DNA of 64,000 nt from Spirochaetales bacterium (lineage in GTDB: Bacteria > Spirochaetota > Spirochaetia > JABEVK01), in assembly GCA_037142615.1 (NCBI GenBank), contig JBAXAI010000004.1:64001-128000 (forward strand), written 5' to 3'. The position numbers and the translations under genes are program-made. Within the stretch, counting starts at the first letter, position 1. Every line of letters begins with the position of its first letter. This document shows positions 50,761 through 59,238 of this stretch, piece by piece. Under the pieces are notes generated by a model, which was given only the letters and a program-made list of their open reading frames with translations, had not been told where the DNA came from and did not search any database.

Positions 50761-52488
50761 ATTCCCTTTTCGCGGTTCGCTCGTAGGCAGGTCTTGCTGG
50801 GTGTTCTCTGTTCCGGGCTCACTCTGCTTGTTCTCGCAGCGGATGTTTTGGCCCCCCGAGAGTTGTCCTTTTCTCTCTTTTATCTGGTGCCCATTCTGCT
50901 GGCGGGCTGGTACGGCAATCTGGGGCTGGGCTTGGCGTTTGCCTTGGGCGCTGCCCTGTTACGCAGCGCCTTCGACCTCCATGCAACCATGGCGGGGTCG
51001 ACGTGGCTCCAGGCTGGCTGGAGGTTTGGGTCCCACGCGTTGCTCCAGGGCCTCTTCGCGGTTCTGGTCAGCCAACTCAAAGCTCAGGTGTTGCGGGCAC
51101 ACCAGGCCAACCGGGCCAAGTCCATGTTTCTGGCCACCATGAGTCACGAGATCCGGACGCCTCTGAACTCCGTGCTCGCGCTCAGTGAGTTGCTGGATCA
51201 GAGCCCCCTCAACCCTCAGCAGAAGTCGTGGGTCGGGTTGTTCCGCAAAGAGGGGCAACACCTGCTCGCGCTCCTGAATGACCTCCTCGACTTCAGCAAG
51301 ATCGAGGCCAAGCGCTACAACGTTCGCATCGAGGAGTTCTCGCTTTCTGCTCTTCTGGAAGAAGTTCGATCCGTCATGGGGGTTCTTGCCGCCGAAAACG
51401 GTCTGGAACTTCGGGTGACCTTGGCACCGAACTTGCCGGTCAGGGTCTCCACCGACGCCCACGCGTTGCGCCGGGTGCTCTTCAACCTGGTCGGAAACGC
51501 CATCAAGTTCACTCCGTCCGGCTACGTGGCCCTGGAAGTCGAACTTCAGGGAGATCGTTTGTGCCTTCGGGTGGTCGACACCGGCAGCGGCATCCCGCCC
51601 GATCAGCTTGATTCGATCTTTGAGCCCTTTGTCCAGGCCGAGGATACCCGGAGCGTGAACATTGGCGGTACCGGCTTGGGGTTGAGCATTGTCCGCGAGC
51701 TGCTTGTCCTCTTGGGCGGCTCCATACAGGTCAGCAGTCGCGTGGGCGAAGGCAGTGCTTTCCAGATCCTGCTGCCGCTGCAGCGACTGAGTTCGCCGGA
51801 GGTTCCGTCGCGGGAGCCACCAAAGCCCGCCTCTGCCGCACCAACCGAGACGTTGAACCTCCTGATCGCTGACGACTATCCGCTGAACCGTCTGATCCTC
51901 AGGGAGTTCCTGAAGGAACTGCCGTGCCGGGTCACCGAAGTGGAAGACGGCGAACAGGCCGTCCAGGCCGTCAAGAGCCAGACTTTCTCACTTGTGCTGC
52001 TTGACCTGAAAATGCCCGTCTTGGATGGGGCGGGTGCCGTAAGAGCGATCCGTTCCTGGGAGAAGAAGGCGGGTAAGCCCCCGGTACCCATTGTGGCCCT
52101 GACGGCCCAAAGTTTCGACGACGATGTTGAACGTTCACTCGCGGCGGGTTTTCAGGCCCACGTCGCCAAACCTATTGACCGAGCCACGCTGCTGGCCACC
52201 GTGCTCCGGTGGGCCCGGCCGGCCCGTGACCGTCTGACCGCCCGCTACCTTGCCGATGTCCGGAGTTTTCAGGCCCAAGCGGTGACCGCACTCGAAGTAG
52301 GTGACGTTGTCGCGCTCGAGAGCCTCGGCCACCGCCTCAAGGGTACAGGCGGGAGCTTCGGGTTCCCCGAACTCACCGAGATAGGCGCGGACCTTGAAAC
52401 GGCCGCCCAGGGTCCCCTCGAGCTCCTTCGGGCTGCGGTGGAAAAACTGATGTCCTTCAACGCTGGCCAGGAGGCCCCCCATGACTAG
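50761..52488 (+). CDS. Hybrid sensor histidine kinase (TM-HisKA-HATPase-REC-HPt)
   Basis: SHEIRTPLN, NLVGNAIKFT, DTGSG, GTGLGL, REC LDLKMP, HPt HRLKGTGG; start ATT 50761 (or TTG 50794). Confidence 0.92.
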   Translation: MPFSRFARRQVLLGVLCSGLTLLVLAADVLAPRELSFSLFYLVPILLAGWYGNLGLGLAFALGAALLRSAFDLHATMAGSTWLQAGWRFGSHALLQGLFAVLVSQLKAQVLRAHQANRAKSMFLATMSHEIRTPLNSVLALSELLDQSPLNPQQKSWVGLFRKEGQHLLALLNDLLDFSKIEAKRYNVRIEEFSLSALLEEVRSVMGVLAAENGLELRVTLAPNLPVRVSTDAHALRRVLFNLVGNAIKFTPSGYVALEVELQGDRLCLRVVDTGSGIPPDQLDSIFEPFVQAEDTRSVNIGGTGLGLSIVRELLVLLGGSIQVSSRVGEGSAFQILLPLQRLSSPEVPSREPPKPASAAPTETLNLLIADDYPLNRLILREFLKELPCRVTEVEDGEQAVQAVKSQTFSLVLLDLKMPVLDGAGAVRAIRSWEKKAGKPPVPIVALTAQSFDDDVERSLAAGFQAHVAKPIDRATLLATVLRWARPARDRLTARYLADVRSFQAQAVTALEVGDVVALESLGHRLKGTGGSFGFPELTEIGADLETAAQGPLELLRAAVEKLMSFNAGQEAPHD

Positions 52489-53815
52489 TACCACGCCCCC
52501 CAAGAAGATCCTCATCGCCGAAGACGTTGAGTCGCTGGCCAACCTGATGAGGTTTCTGTTGGAAGAAGAGGGGTTCACGGTCGAGACAGTCCCTGACGGG
52601 GAGGCCTGCCTGCTCGTTCTGGGCACTTTCAAGCCCGATCTGCTGCTGCTCGATATCATGATGCCCAAAGTTCACGGGCTCGAGATCATCCGTATCGTCA
52701 AGGCCTTTCATCAGACAAGGAACATCGGCGTCATCGTTTGTACCGCCAAAGACTACAAGACCGACCGTGACCGCATCGAGGCCCTTGGAGTTTCCAGCTT
52801 CATCAGCAAGCCGTTTGAGCCTCGGGCGTTCGTCGAGGTCGTCCGGAATTTCTTCTCCCCCGATCGGGTGACCGAGCCTCACGCCGAAGTTCTCCGGCAA
52901 CCCCTCAATCGGGCGACGTACCAACCCCAGATCGATCGGGTGAAGTCCCGGATCACCCTGTGGGGAACCCGCGGTTCCACGCCGGTTTCGCACCCCCGCT
53001 ACATCAAACACGGCGGCAATACCCCGTGCCTTTCGGTTCAGGCCGGCGACGCGATGATCATCCTGGACGCCGGTACTGGCATCCGCGAGCTCGGGCAATG
53101 GTTGTTGAAGTCACCGGTGCGCAAAGTGCATCTGTTCATTGGCCACACCCATTGGGACCACATTCAGGGGTTCCCGTTCTTCGCTCCGGCCTTCGATCCT
53201 GGTTTTGAACTGCACATCTACGGTGCCGCAGGGTTCGGCAAAAACCTCAAGTCGGTCTTTCAGGGACAACTGGACCAAGACTACTTCCCGGTTCAACTCG
53301 AGGACATGCGGGCGAAGATGGAGTTCCATGTCCTCAAGGATACTTCCGTCAAGATTGGTGGGCTCGAGGTTCACTGGGAGTTTGTGAACCATCCCGGCGC
53401 AGCCGTGGGCTTCAAACTGGTTTCCGGCAACCGCAGTTTGGCCTACATCACCGACAACGAGTTCCTTGAGGGCTTCACCGGCTCGCCCGTCGGCCTGACT
53501 CGCAACCACCCCTCCGTATTGCCGTATCGCCCCATCATCGACTTTGTCACCGGCGTCGATCTCCTGATTCACGAGGCGCAGTACACTCCCGCAGACTATC
53601 CCGCCAAGATCACCTGGGGCCACTCGTCGTTGTCGAATGCGGCCCTCCTGGCCCATCTGGGCGAGGTGAAGCAATGGATCATCACCCACCACGACCCTTC
53701 CTACGACGACGTCGCTCTCGACGAGAACCTCTTGCTGACCCGGCAAATTCTCGACGAGCTTGGGTCCTCGCTCCCCGTGTCCCACGCCTACGACGGCCTC
53801 GACCTGCTGTTGTAG
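52481..53815 (+). CDS. Response regulator fused to an MBL-fold metallohydrolase
   Basis: REC (AED, LDIMMP, KPF) followed by GTRGS, GGNTPC, DAGTG, HTHWDHIQG, WGHS, THHDP. Confidence 0.92.
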   Translation: MTSTTPPKKILIAEDVESLANLMRFLLEEEGFTVETVPDGEACLLVLGTFKPDLLLLDIMMPKVHGLEIIRIVKAFHQTRNIGVIVCTAKDYKTDRDRIEALGVSSFISKPFEPRAFVEVVRNFFSPDRVTEPHAEVLRQPLNRATYQPQIDRVKSRITLWGTRGSTPVSHPRYIKHGGNTPCLSVQAGDAMIILDAGTGIRELGQWLLKSPVRKVHLFIGHTHWDHIQGFPFFAPAFDPGFELHIYGAAGFGKNLKSVFQGQLDQDYFPVQLEDMRAKMEFHVLKDTSVKIGGLEVHWEFVNHPGAAVGFKLVSGNRSLAYITDNEFLEGFTGSPVGLTRNHPSVLPYRPIIDFVTGVDLLIHEAQYTPADYPAKITWGHSSLSNAALLAHLGEVKQWIITHHDPSYDDVALDENLLLTRQILDELGSSLPVSHAYDGLDLLL

Positions 53816-53849
53816 TGCCCAACGTGCGCATTTTTGCTATACCTCTGGC

Positions 53850-55103
53850 ATGGTAGGAATCGACTTCGGCACATCCAACACCGTGGTCACAGCGCGATCG
53901 TCTGCCGGAGTTGAAATCCTGCCGCTCGGCGCCGGGGAACGCTCGCTCCCAACCCTGCTCTTCGTCAACCAGGGCCATCAGGTTTCTATCGGTCACGAGG
54001 CGCGGCGGGCCCACGCCGAGGCGGCCCTGCACTCCGGTGGTGGCGCGGCGCCGTTCCGGCTGTTTCAGGCCCTCAAGCTGGCCCTCAAGGACCCCGACCT
54101 CGAATCCACCAACGTTTTTGGCCGTCAGGTCCGGCTGGAAACCATTGTTTCTTGGTATTTGGCGGAGCTGCGTCGGCGCATCCTGTTGGTCTTGCCGGGG
54201 TGGGACGGACACGCGGTGGTCGGTCGACCCGTCGAACTGTCGCCGGACCCCCGCGTGGACCTTCAACTTCAGCGGCGTTTCGAGGCCGCGTTCCTCGCGG
54301 CCGGATTTTCCTCTGTGAAGTTTGTGTACGAGCCGGTCGCCGCAGCGGTCGATCTTGTGGGCTCGCACGAAGGTCGGGTTCTGGTCTTCGACTTCGGCGG
54401 GGGCACGCTCGATGTTTCGGTGGCGACACTGGCGGGCAACACCATTGCTGTACCGGTCAGCGTGGGGCGTGACCTGGGCGGCTACCTGCTCGACGAGGAC
54501 CTTGCCCGGGGCCGGGTGAGACAGTACTTCGGCTACGGCGGCAAACTGCGCACGCTCACCGGTCAGTGGCTCGAAGTTCCCCACGACGTCACGGGGCAAG
54601 TCGTCCGGTTCAAGGTGCTCCCTTTCGACGAGATCCGCCGGATCAAGCGACTGATCCCCGAGCTCCTTCAAGAGGCCATCGACAAGCCGGCTCTTCGCGG
54701 TCTTCTTGCTTTCTTGGAACGAAACCTGACGTACGACCTGTATCAGGCTCTCGACCAGACCAAGATTGCCCTCAGCGACGCGCTTTCTTCCACGCTCAAC
54801 TTTCAGGTGCCGCCGCACGTGGCCCTTCACGAGGTTGTCACCCGCGCCGAATTGGAGGACCTGCTGGCTCCCCGAGTCGCCGAGGCCGAGCACCTCGTCC
54901 TCCTGGCCTTGTCCCTTGCCGGGCTGGCTCCCGGGGCGATCGACCAGGTGGTAAGGGTCGGCGGCTCGTCACAGATCCCCATTTTCCACCGCATGCTCGA
55001 ACAGTTGTTCCCCGGTCGGCTGACCGCAGGCCGGCTCTTCGAGGGAATCGCCCTGGGGCTGCTTCCCGCGTTCGAGCGAGGCCTGACGGTCCGTCCTAGC
55101 TGA
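53850..55103 (+). CDS. Hsp70-family protein (YegD-like, ATPase domain only)
   Basis: GIDFGTSN, VGRPV, EPVAAA, DFGGGTLD, VGGSS. Confidence 0.88.
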   Translation: MVGIDFGTSNTVVTARSSAGVEILPLGAGERSLPTLLFVNQGHQVSIGHEARRAHAEAALHSGGGAAPFRLFQALKLALKDPDLESTNVFGRQVRLETIVSWYLAELRRRILLVLPGWDGHAVVGRPVELSPDPRVDLQLQRRFEAAFLAAGFSSVKFVYEPVAAAVDLVGSHEGRVLVFDFGGGTLDVSVATLAGNTIAVPVSVGRDLGGYLLDEDLARGRVRQYFGYGGKLRTLTGQWLEVPHDVTGQVVRFKVLPFDEIRRIKRLIPELLQEAIDKPALRGLLAFLERNLTYDLYQALDQTKIALSDALSSTLNFQVPPHVALHEVVTRAELEDLLAPRVAEAEHLVLLALSLAGLAPGAIDQVVRVGGSSQIPIFHRMLEQLFPGRLTAGRLFEGIALGLLPAFERGLTVRPS

Positions 55104-55596
55104 TCGCCTTCCAAACAGCGTCGTAGTCCGGTTCCTTGCTGGTCTCGGGCACTTGCTCGGTGTACAACACAACGTCGTCTTTCCCTACAACGACCACGGC
55201 ACGCGAAAGGATGCCGGCCAGCGGCCCAGACTTCAGAAGCACCCCGTAGTCGGTGCCAAACTTCTGGTTGCGCATCTGGCTGAGTGTGATGACATTTCCG
55301 ATGTTGTTGGCCTCGCAGAACCGTCTTGCCGCGAAAGGCAAGTCAGCGCTCACGTTGAGGACCACAACATCAGCCTTGCCCGCCACCTGGTCGTTGAACT
55401 TGCGGGCTGACATCGCGCAGGTGCCTGTGTCGAGGCTGGGGTTGATGCTCAGCACCTTGATCTTGCCTCCAAAATCGCGCAGGCTGACGTCGGTCAGGTC
55501 GGTCTTGGTGAGTAGGAAATCAGGGGCTTTGCTCCCGATTTGAGGCAGGGTACCGACGGTTTCGACGGGTGCGCCTTTGTGAAGAATATGGGCCAT
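55096..55596 (-). CDS. tpx: Thiol peroxidase
   Basis: PSLDTGTC, SADLPFAARRFC, EPDYD. Confidence 0.95.
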   Translation of the reverse strand: MAHILHKGAPVETVGTLPQIGSKAPDFLLTKTDLTDVSLRDFGGKIKVLSINPSLDTGTCAMSARKFNDQVAGKADVVVLNVSADLPFAARRFCEANNIGNVITLSQMRNQKFGTDYGVLLKSGPLAGILSRAVVVVGKDDVVLYTEQVPETSKEPDYDAVWKAIS

Positions 55597-55637
55597 GAAG
55601 GGTCTCCTTGGGCCCTAAAATACTACCAGTTTCCCCG

Positions 55638-55666
55638 TTGACAAAGGAAATCCCTTTCCGTATAGT
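55638..55666 (+). promoter_or_regulatory. Strong sigma70 promoter of the tRNA-Thr/rpmG operon
   Basis: TTGACA-N17-TATAGT. Confidence 0.85.
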
Positions 55667-55686
55667 CTACCTCACGCTTTACAAGC

Positions 55687-55758
55687 GCCTTCTTAGCTCA
55701 GGGGTAGAGCATTTCCATGGTAAGGAAAAGGTCCGCGGTTCAAATCCGCGAGAAGGCT
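55687..55758 (+). tRNA. tRNA-Thr(GGT)
   Basis: Acceptor GCCTTCT/AGAAGGC, anticodon arm TTTCC-ATGGTAA-GGAAA, T loop GGTTCAAATCC; CCA not encoded. Confidence 0.96.
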
Positions 55759-55784
55759 GTCTTTAGGGACGATGGAGGTTCAAA

Positions 55785-55961
55785 ATGGCAAAAAAGAGCA
55801 AGGGTGGCGTGGAACTAATCGCTCTGGTCTGCACTGAGACCGGGTTGCGAAATTACACGACCAAGAAGAACCGCCGCAATAATCCCGAGAAGCTGGAGTT
55901 GATGAAGTACTGCCCCAAGCTTCGCAAGCATACCCTTCATCGCGAAGGGAAGATCAAATAA
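55785..55961 (+). CDS. rpmG: 50S ribosomal protein L33
   Basis: Manual translation ...[37 protein letters not shown]; GGAGG RBS; below the ORF-track cutoff. Confidence 0.96.
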   Translation: MAKKSKGGVELIALVCTETGLRNYTTKKNRRNNPEKLELMKYCPKLRKHTLHREGKIK

Positions 55962-55975
55962 TTCGTTTTTAATAC

Positions 55976-56048
55976 AGGTCAGTAGCTCCAATGGTAGAGC
56001 GGCGGTCTCCAAAACCGTTTGTTGGGGGTTCGAGTCCCTCCTGACCTG
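55976..56048 (+). tRNA. tRNA-Trp(CCA)
   Basis: Acceptor AGGTCAG/CTGACCT, anticodon loop CTCCAAA, GGTTCGAGTCC. Confidence 0.96.
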
Positions 56049-56069
56049 CGACTCTTAGAGGTGTCCTTC

Positions 56070-56249
56070 ATGAAGAAGATTCAGGCGTTTTTCAATGAGA
56101 TGATGGCAGAGCTCCGCAAGGTCATCTGGCCGAGCCCCGAGAAGGTTGTCGAAAACACCCGTATTGTTGTCTTGTCTACCGTGGCCCTGGCTCTCTTTTT
56201 TGGTACTGTCGACTTTCTCCTGATCGTCGGCACGAACTTCGTGTTCTAA
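56070..56249 (+). CDS. secE: Preprotein translocase subunit SecE
   Basis: ELRKVIWPS followed by one TM helix; located between tRNA-Trp and nusG. Confidence 0.95.
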   Translation: MKKIQAFFNEMMAELRKVIWPSPEKVVENTRIVVLSTVALALFFGTVDFLLIVGTNFVF

Positions 56250-56260
56250 GGAGGGTATGA

Positions 56261-56818
56261 ATGGCCCGAGCCTGGTATATCCTCCAGACCTACTCCCAGT
56301 TCGAAAACCGTGTTGAGCGAAATATCCGCTTCCTGATGGAACAGCCTGGTCCGCTTGCCGACGGGGTGTTCGATATCAAGTGCCCTACCGAACGTGTGGT
56401 CGAAACCAAGAATGGCAAGAAGGTCGAAAAAGAGGTCAAGATCTGGCCTGGTTATATCCTCCTCGAAATGGACCTTCCGAATCTGGGTTGGAAAGACGTC
56501 GTGTCGCCCATCAAGCGCATTCAAGGCGTGAGCGGTTTCGTCGGCGCCGTCGGCAACGCCAAGCCTATGCCGATCTCGAATGACGAGGTCAAGCAGATCC
56601 TGATGCGCTCCGGCGACATCAAGAGTGACAAGTCGGTTCTGGTTCAGCATAACTTCCGCGAAGGACTGGAAGTTCGCATCAACGAGGGTCCGTTCGAATC
56701 GTTCAACGGCACGATCGACGATGTGAACCTCGACAAGCAGAAGTTGAAGGTTATGGTCAATATCTTCGGTCGGGCCACGGCGGTCGAAGTCGATTTCCAT
56801 CAGGTCGAAAAGATCTGA
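56261..56818 (+). CDS. nusG: Transcription elongation factor NusG
   Basis: WYILQTYS, PGYIL, KOW GPFESFNG, IFGR. Confidence 0.98.
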   Translation: MARAWYILQTYSQFENRVERNIRFLMEQPGPLADGVFDIKCPTERVVETKNGKKVEKEVKIWPGYILLEMDLPNLGWKDVVSPIKRIQGVSGFVGAVGNAKPMPISNDEVKQILMRSGDIKSDKSVLVQHNFREGLEVRINEGPFESFNGTIDDVNLDKQKLKVMVNIFGRATAVEVDFHQVEKI

Positions 56819-56872
56819 TTCGTTCTTTGGTAACAAGGGCGTAATAGCCTGGAGGGCCTCAAAACCCTCAAT

Positions 56873-56909
56873 TGTTGGGAGATTCGCCTAGCGAATCGAT
56901 ATCACCACA
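56873..56909 (+). promoter_or_regulatory. Putative L1-binding autoregulatory site
   Basis: TTGGGAG-[ATTCGC-CTA-GCGAAT]-...CACCAC directly before the rplK RBS; resembles the L1 operator architecture. Confidence 0.6.
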
Positions 56910-56921
56910 AGGAGAGCTTCA

Positions 56922-57353
56922 ATGGCAAAGAAAAAGATCACCGCCATGGTCAAGCTTCAGTGTCCCGCCGGTAAGGCGACACCTGCTCCCCCCGTCGGTC
57001 CGGCGCTCGGTCCGCACGGCGTGAGCGCCCCTCAGTTCGTCACGCAGTTCAACGACCGCACGAAGAACATGGAGCCAGGCCTCATCATTCCGGCGATCAT
57101 CACGATCTACTCGGACAAGACCTTCACGTTTATTCTCAAGACACCCCCGGCTTCGGTCCTCATAAAAAAGGCAACCGGTGTCACCAAGGGTTCGCCTGAG
57201 TCGCACAAGACCAAAGTCGGCACCATCTCCAAGGCTAAGCTTCGCGAAATCGCCACCCTCAAGATGCCCGACCTGAATGCGAACGACATTGACGCCGCGA
57301 TGTCGATCATTGCCGGCACCGCCCGCTCCATGGGCATCGAGGCTGAAAAATGA
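56922..57353 (+). CDS. rplK: 50S ribosomal protein L11
   Basis: [19 protein letters not shown]. Confidence 0.98.
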   Translation: MAKKKITAMVKLQCPAGKATPAPPVGPALGPHGVSAPQFVTQFNDRTKNMEPGLIIPAIITIYSDKTFTFILKTPPASVLIKKATGVTKGSPESHKTKVGTISKAKLREIATLKMPDLNANDIDAAMSIIAGTARSMGIEAEK

Positions 57354-58033
57354 AGCATGGCAAAAAGTACCGCGCCGCTTTTGAGAAGATCGAACAGGGC
57401 AAGCTCTACGACTACGACGAAGCTTTGGGCCTCGTGAAGTCGGTTGCGTTCGCCAAGTTCGACGAAACCGTCGAGATTTCGGTGAAGTTGCACCTCAAGA
57501 AAAGCCATACCGTCCGTGACACGGTCGTTCTTCCCAACACCTTCATGGGTGAAAAGAAGATCCTCGTGTTCGCCAAGGGTGACAAAGCCGACGAAGCCCG
57601 CGCACTCGGTGCCGCCTTCGTAGGTGAAGCCGACCTGATTGAGAAAATCAAGGGCGGCTGGATGGACTTCGACATCTGCGTTGCCACACCCGACATGATG
57701 AAAGACGTCGGTAAGCTGGGCCCCATCCTCGGTCGCCGAGGCCTGATGCCCAACCCGAAGACGGGCACCGTGACCAACGACCTTGCCGCCGCCATCAAGG
57801 AATTGAAGGCCGGGCGTATCGAGTTCCGCGCCGACAAAACCGGTGTCGTTCACTTGCCCGTGGGCAAGGTTTCGATGGAAGTCGCCAAGGTCAACGAAAA
57901 CGTTCAGACCTTCCTCGGAGAGTTGGAACGCCGCCGCCCTTCGGACCTCAAGGGTGACTACATCAAGTCGGTGGCCGTCAGTTCGACCATGGGCCCCGGG
58001 GTTATGATCCAGTTCAAGGTTGCCAAGGAGTAA
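57350..58033 (+). CDS. rplA: 50S ribosomal protein L1
   Basis: [22 protein letters not shown]. Confidence 0.98.
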   Translation: MKHGKKYRAAFEKIEQGKLYDYDEALGLVKSVAFAKFDETVEISVKLHLKKSHTVRDTVVLPNTFMGEKKILVFAKGDKADEARALGAAFVGEADLIEKIKGGWMDFDICVATPDMMKDVGKLGPILGRRGLMPNPKTGTVTNDLAAAIKELKAGRIEFRADKTGVVHLPVGKVSMEVAKVNENVQTFLGELERRRPSDLKGDYIKSVAVSSTMGPGVMIQFKVAKE

Positions 58034-58036
58034 GCC

Positions 58037-58573
58037 ATGTCGGAAAAGAGAATCCAGCCCGCAAAAATCCAGGCCGTCGCCGATCTCGACAAGCATTTCG
58101 AGGGCGTCCAAGACTACATTTTCGCCAGCTACCGCGGCATGACCGTGGAGCAGCTCTTCACGCTGCGCCGCCAACTCCGCAAGGAAGGGGCCGACTTCAA
58201 GGTTGTGAAGAACAACTTCGCCAAGATCGTGTTTCGCAACCACAAGGCCGATGGCGTCGAAGGTTACCTCGTAGGACCGACCGCCGTGGCTCTTGCCCGC
58301 AAGGACTCCGGTCCCGTGGCCAAGATTCTGGTGGACTACGCCAAGGAAGTTCCGACCCTGGAAGTGAAGGGGGGGTACATCGGCGGCTCGGCGTTCAACG
58401 CCAAGCAGGTCGAGTCCTTCTCGAAGTTGCCCAGCAAGAACGAACTGCTGTCGATGCTGATGAGCACCATGCAGGCGCCCACGCAGAATCTGGTGTTCGT
58501 TCTCAACGGGGTTACCACCAAGCTGGTGCGCACCCTGCAAGCCGTCGCTGACAAGAAAGCCTCGGGCGAATAG
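58037..58573 (+). CDS. rplJ: 50S ribosomal protein L10
   Basis: YRGMTV, VVKN, GPTA, LPSK; position in the rif cluster. Confidence 0.96.
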   Translation: MSEKRIQPAKIQAVADLDKHFEGVQDYIFASYRGMTVEQLFTLRRQLRKEGADFKVVKNNFAKIVFRNHKADGVEGYLVGPTAVALARKDSGPVAKILVDYAKEVPTLEVKGGYIGGSAFNAKQVESFSKLPSKNELLSMLMSTMQAPTQNLVFVLNGVTTKLVRTLQAVADKKASGE

Positions 58574-58699
58574 GCCCACGGCGAGTTGTTTCAAAGGGCT
58601 GGTTCGCCAGTTCAACGTTTTATTTTTGTGTATCAACGGACCGGTTAGTCTTCGTTTCTAGCCTGCTATCCGGCCGTTACCATATAAGGAGAAGATAAT

Positions 58700-59083
58700 A
58701 TGGCTAAGCTCTCTGCCCAGGAAGTCCTGGACGCTATCGCCGGCATGACCGTTCTGGAAGTTTCCGAACTGGTCAAGGCCATGGAAACCAAGTTTGGTGT
58801 CACCGCTGCCGCTCCCGTGGCTGTGGCTGCTGCCGGCCCCGCTGCCGCTGCCGCCCCTGCTGCCGAGGAACAGACTGAGTTCGACGTCATCCTCAAGGCC
58901 CATGGTGAGAAGAAGATCGACGTCATCAAGGTCGTTCGCGAAATCACCGCTCTCGGTCTCAAGGAAGCCAAGGATCTCGTCGAAGCTGGCGGCAAGGCCG
59001 TCAAGGAAGGCGTCACCAAGGCCGAAGCCGAGGAAATCAAGAAGAAGCTCACTGCTGTGGGCGCTGAAGTTGAGATCAAGTAA
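58700..59083 (+). CDS. rplL: 50S ribosomal protein L7/L12
   Basis: Ala-rich hinge, [19 protein letters not shown]. Confidence 0.98.
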   Translation: MAKLSAQEVLDAIAGMTVLEVSELVKAMETKFGVTAAAPVAVAAAGPAAAAAPAAEEQTEFDVILKAHGEKKIDVIKVVREITALGLKEAKDLVEAGGKAVKEGVTKAEAEEIKKKLTAVGAEVEIK

Positions 59084-59137
59084 GGAATTGGCCCTGGCAT
59101 GCCGGGGTTTCTAGTTTCTAGTTTTCTCTTTTAACCT

Positions 59138-59186
59138 CCGGAACTCCAAAGGTCGAAAAACCTATGGAGTTCTGGCGGCTTTTTTT
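59138..59186 (+). terminator. Terminator/attenuator between rplL and rpoB
   Basis: CCGGAACTCCA...TGGAGTTCTGG stem followed shortly by a T7 run. Confidence 0.65.
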
Positions 59187-59238
59187 GTCAGGGGGGCCTC
59201 AGGCCCCGGGGACCTACTGGGTCCTGCAGGAGGGTTGC

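Noticed and set aside
56257-56316. Out-of-frame ATG just upstream of nusG giving a 19-codon ORF
   Set aside because: Too close to the SD (about 2 nt); the nusG ATG has the proper spacing
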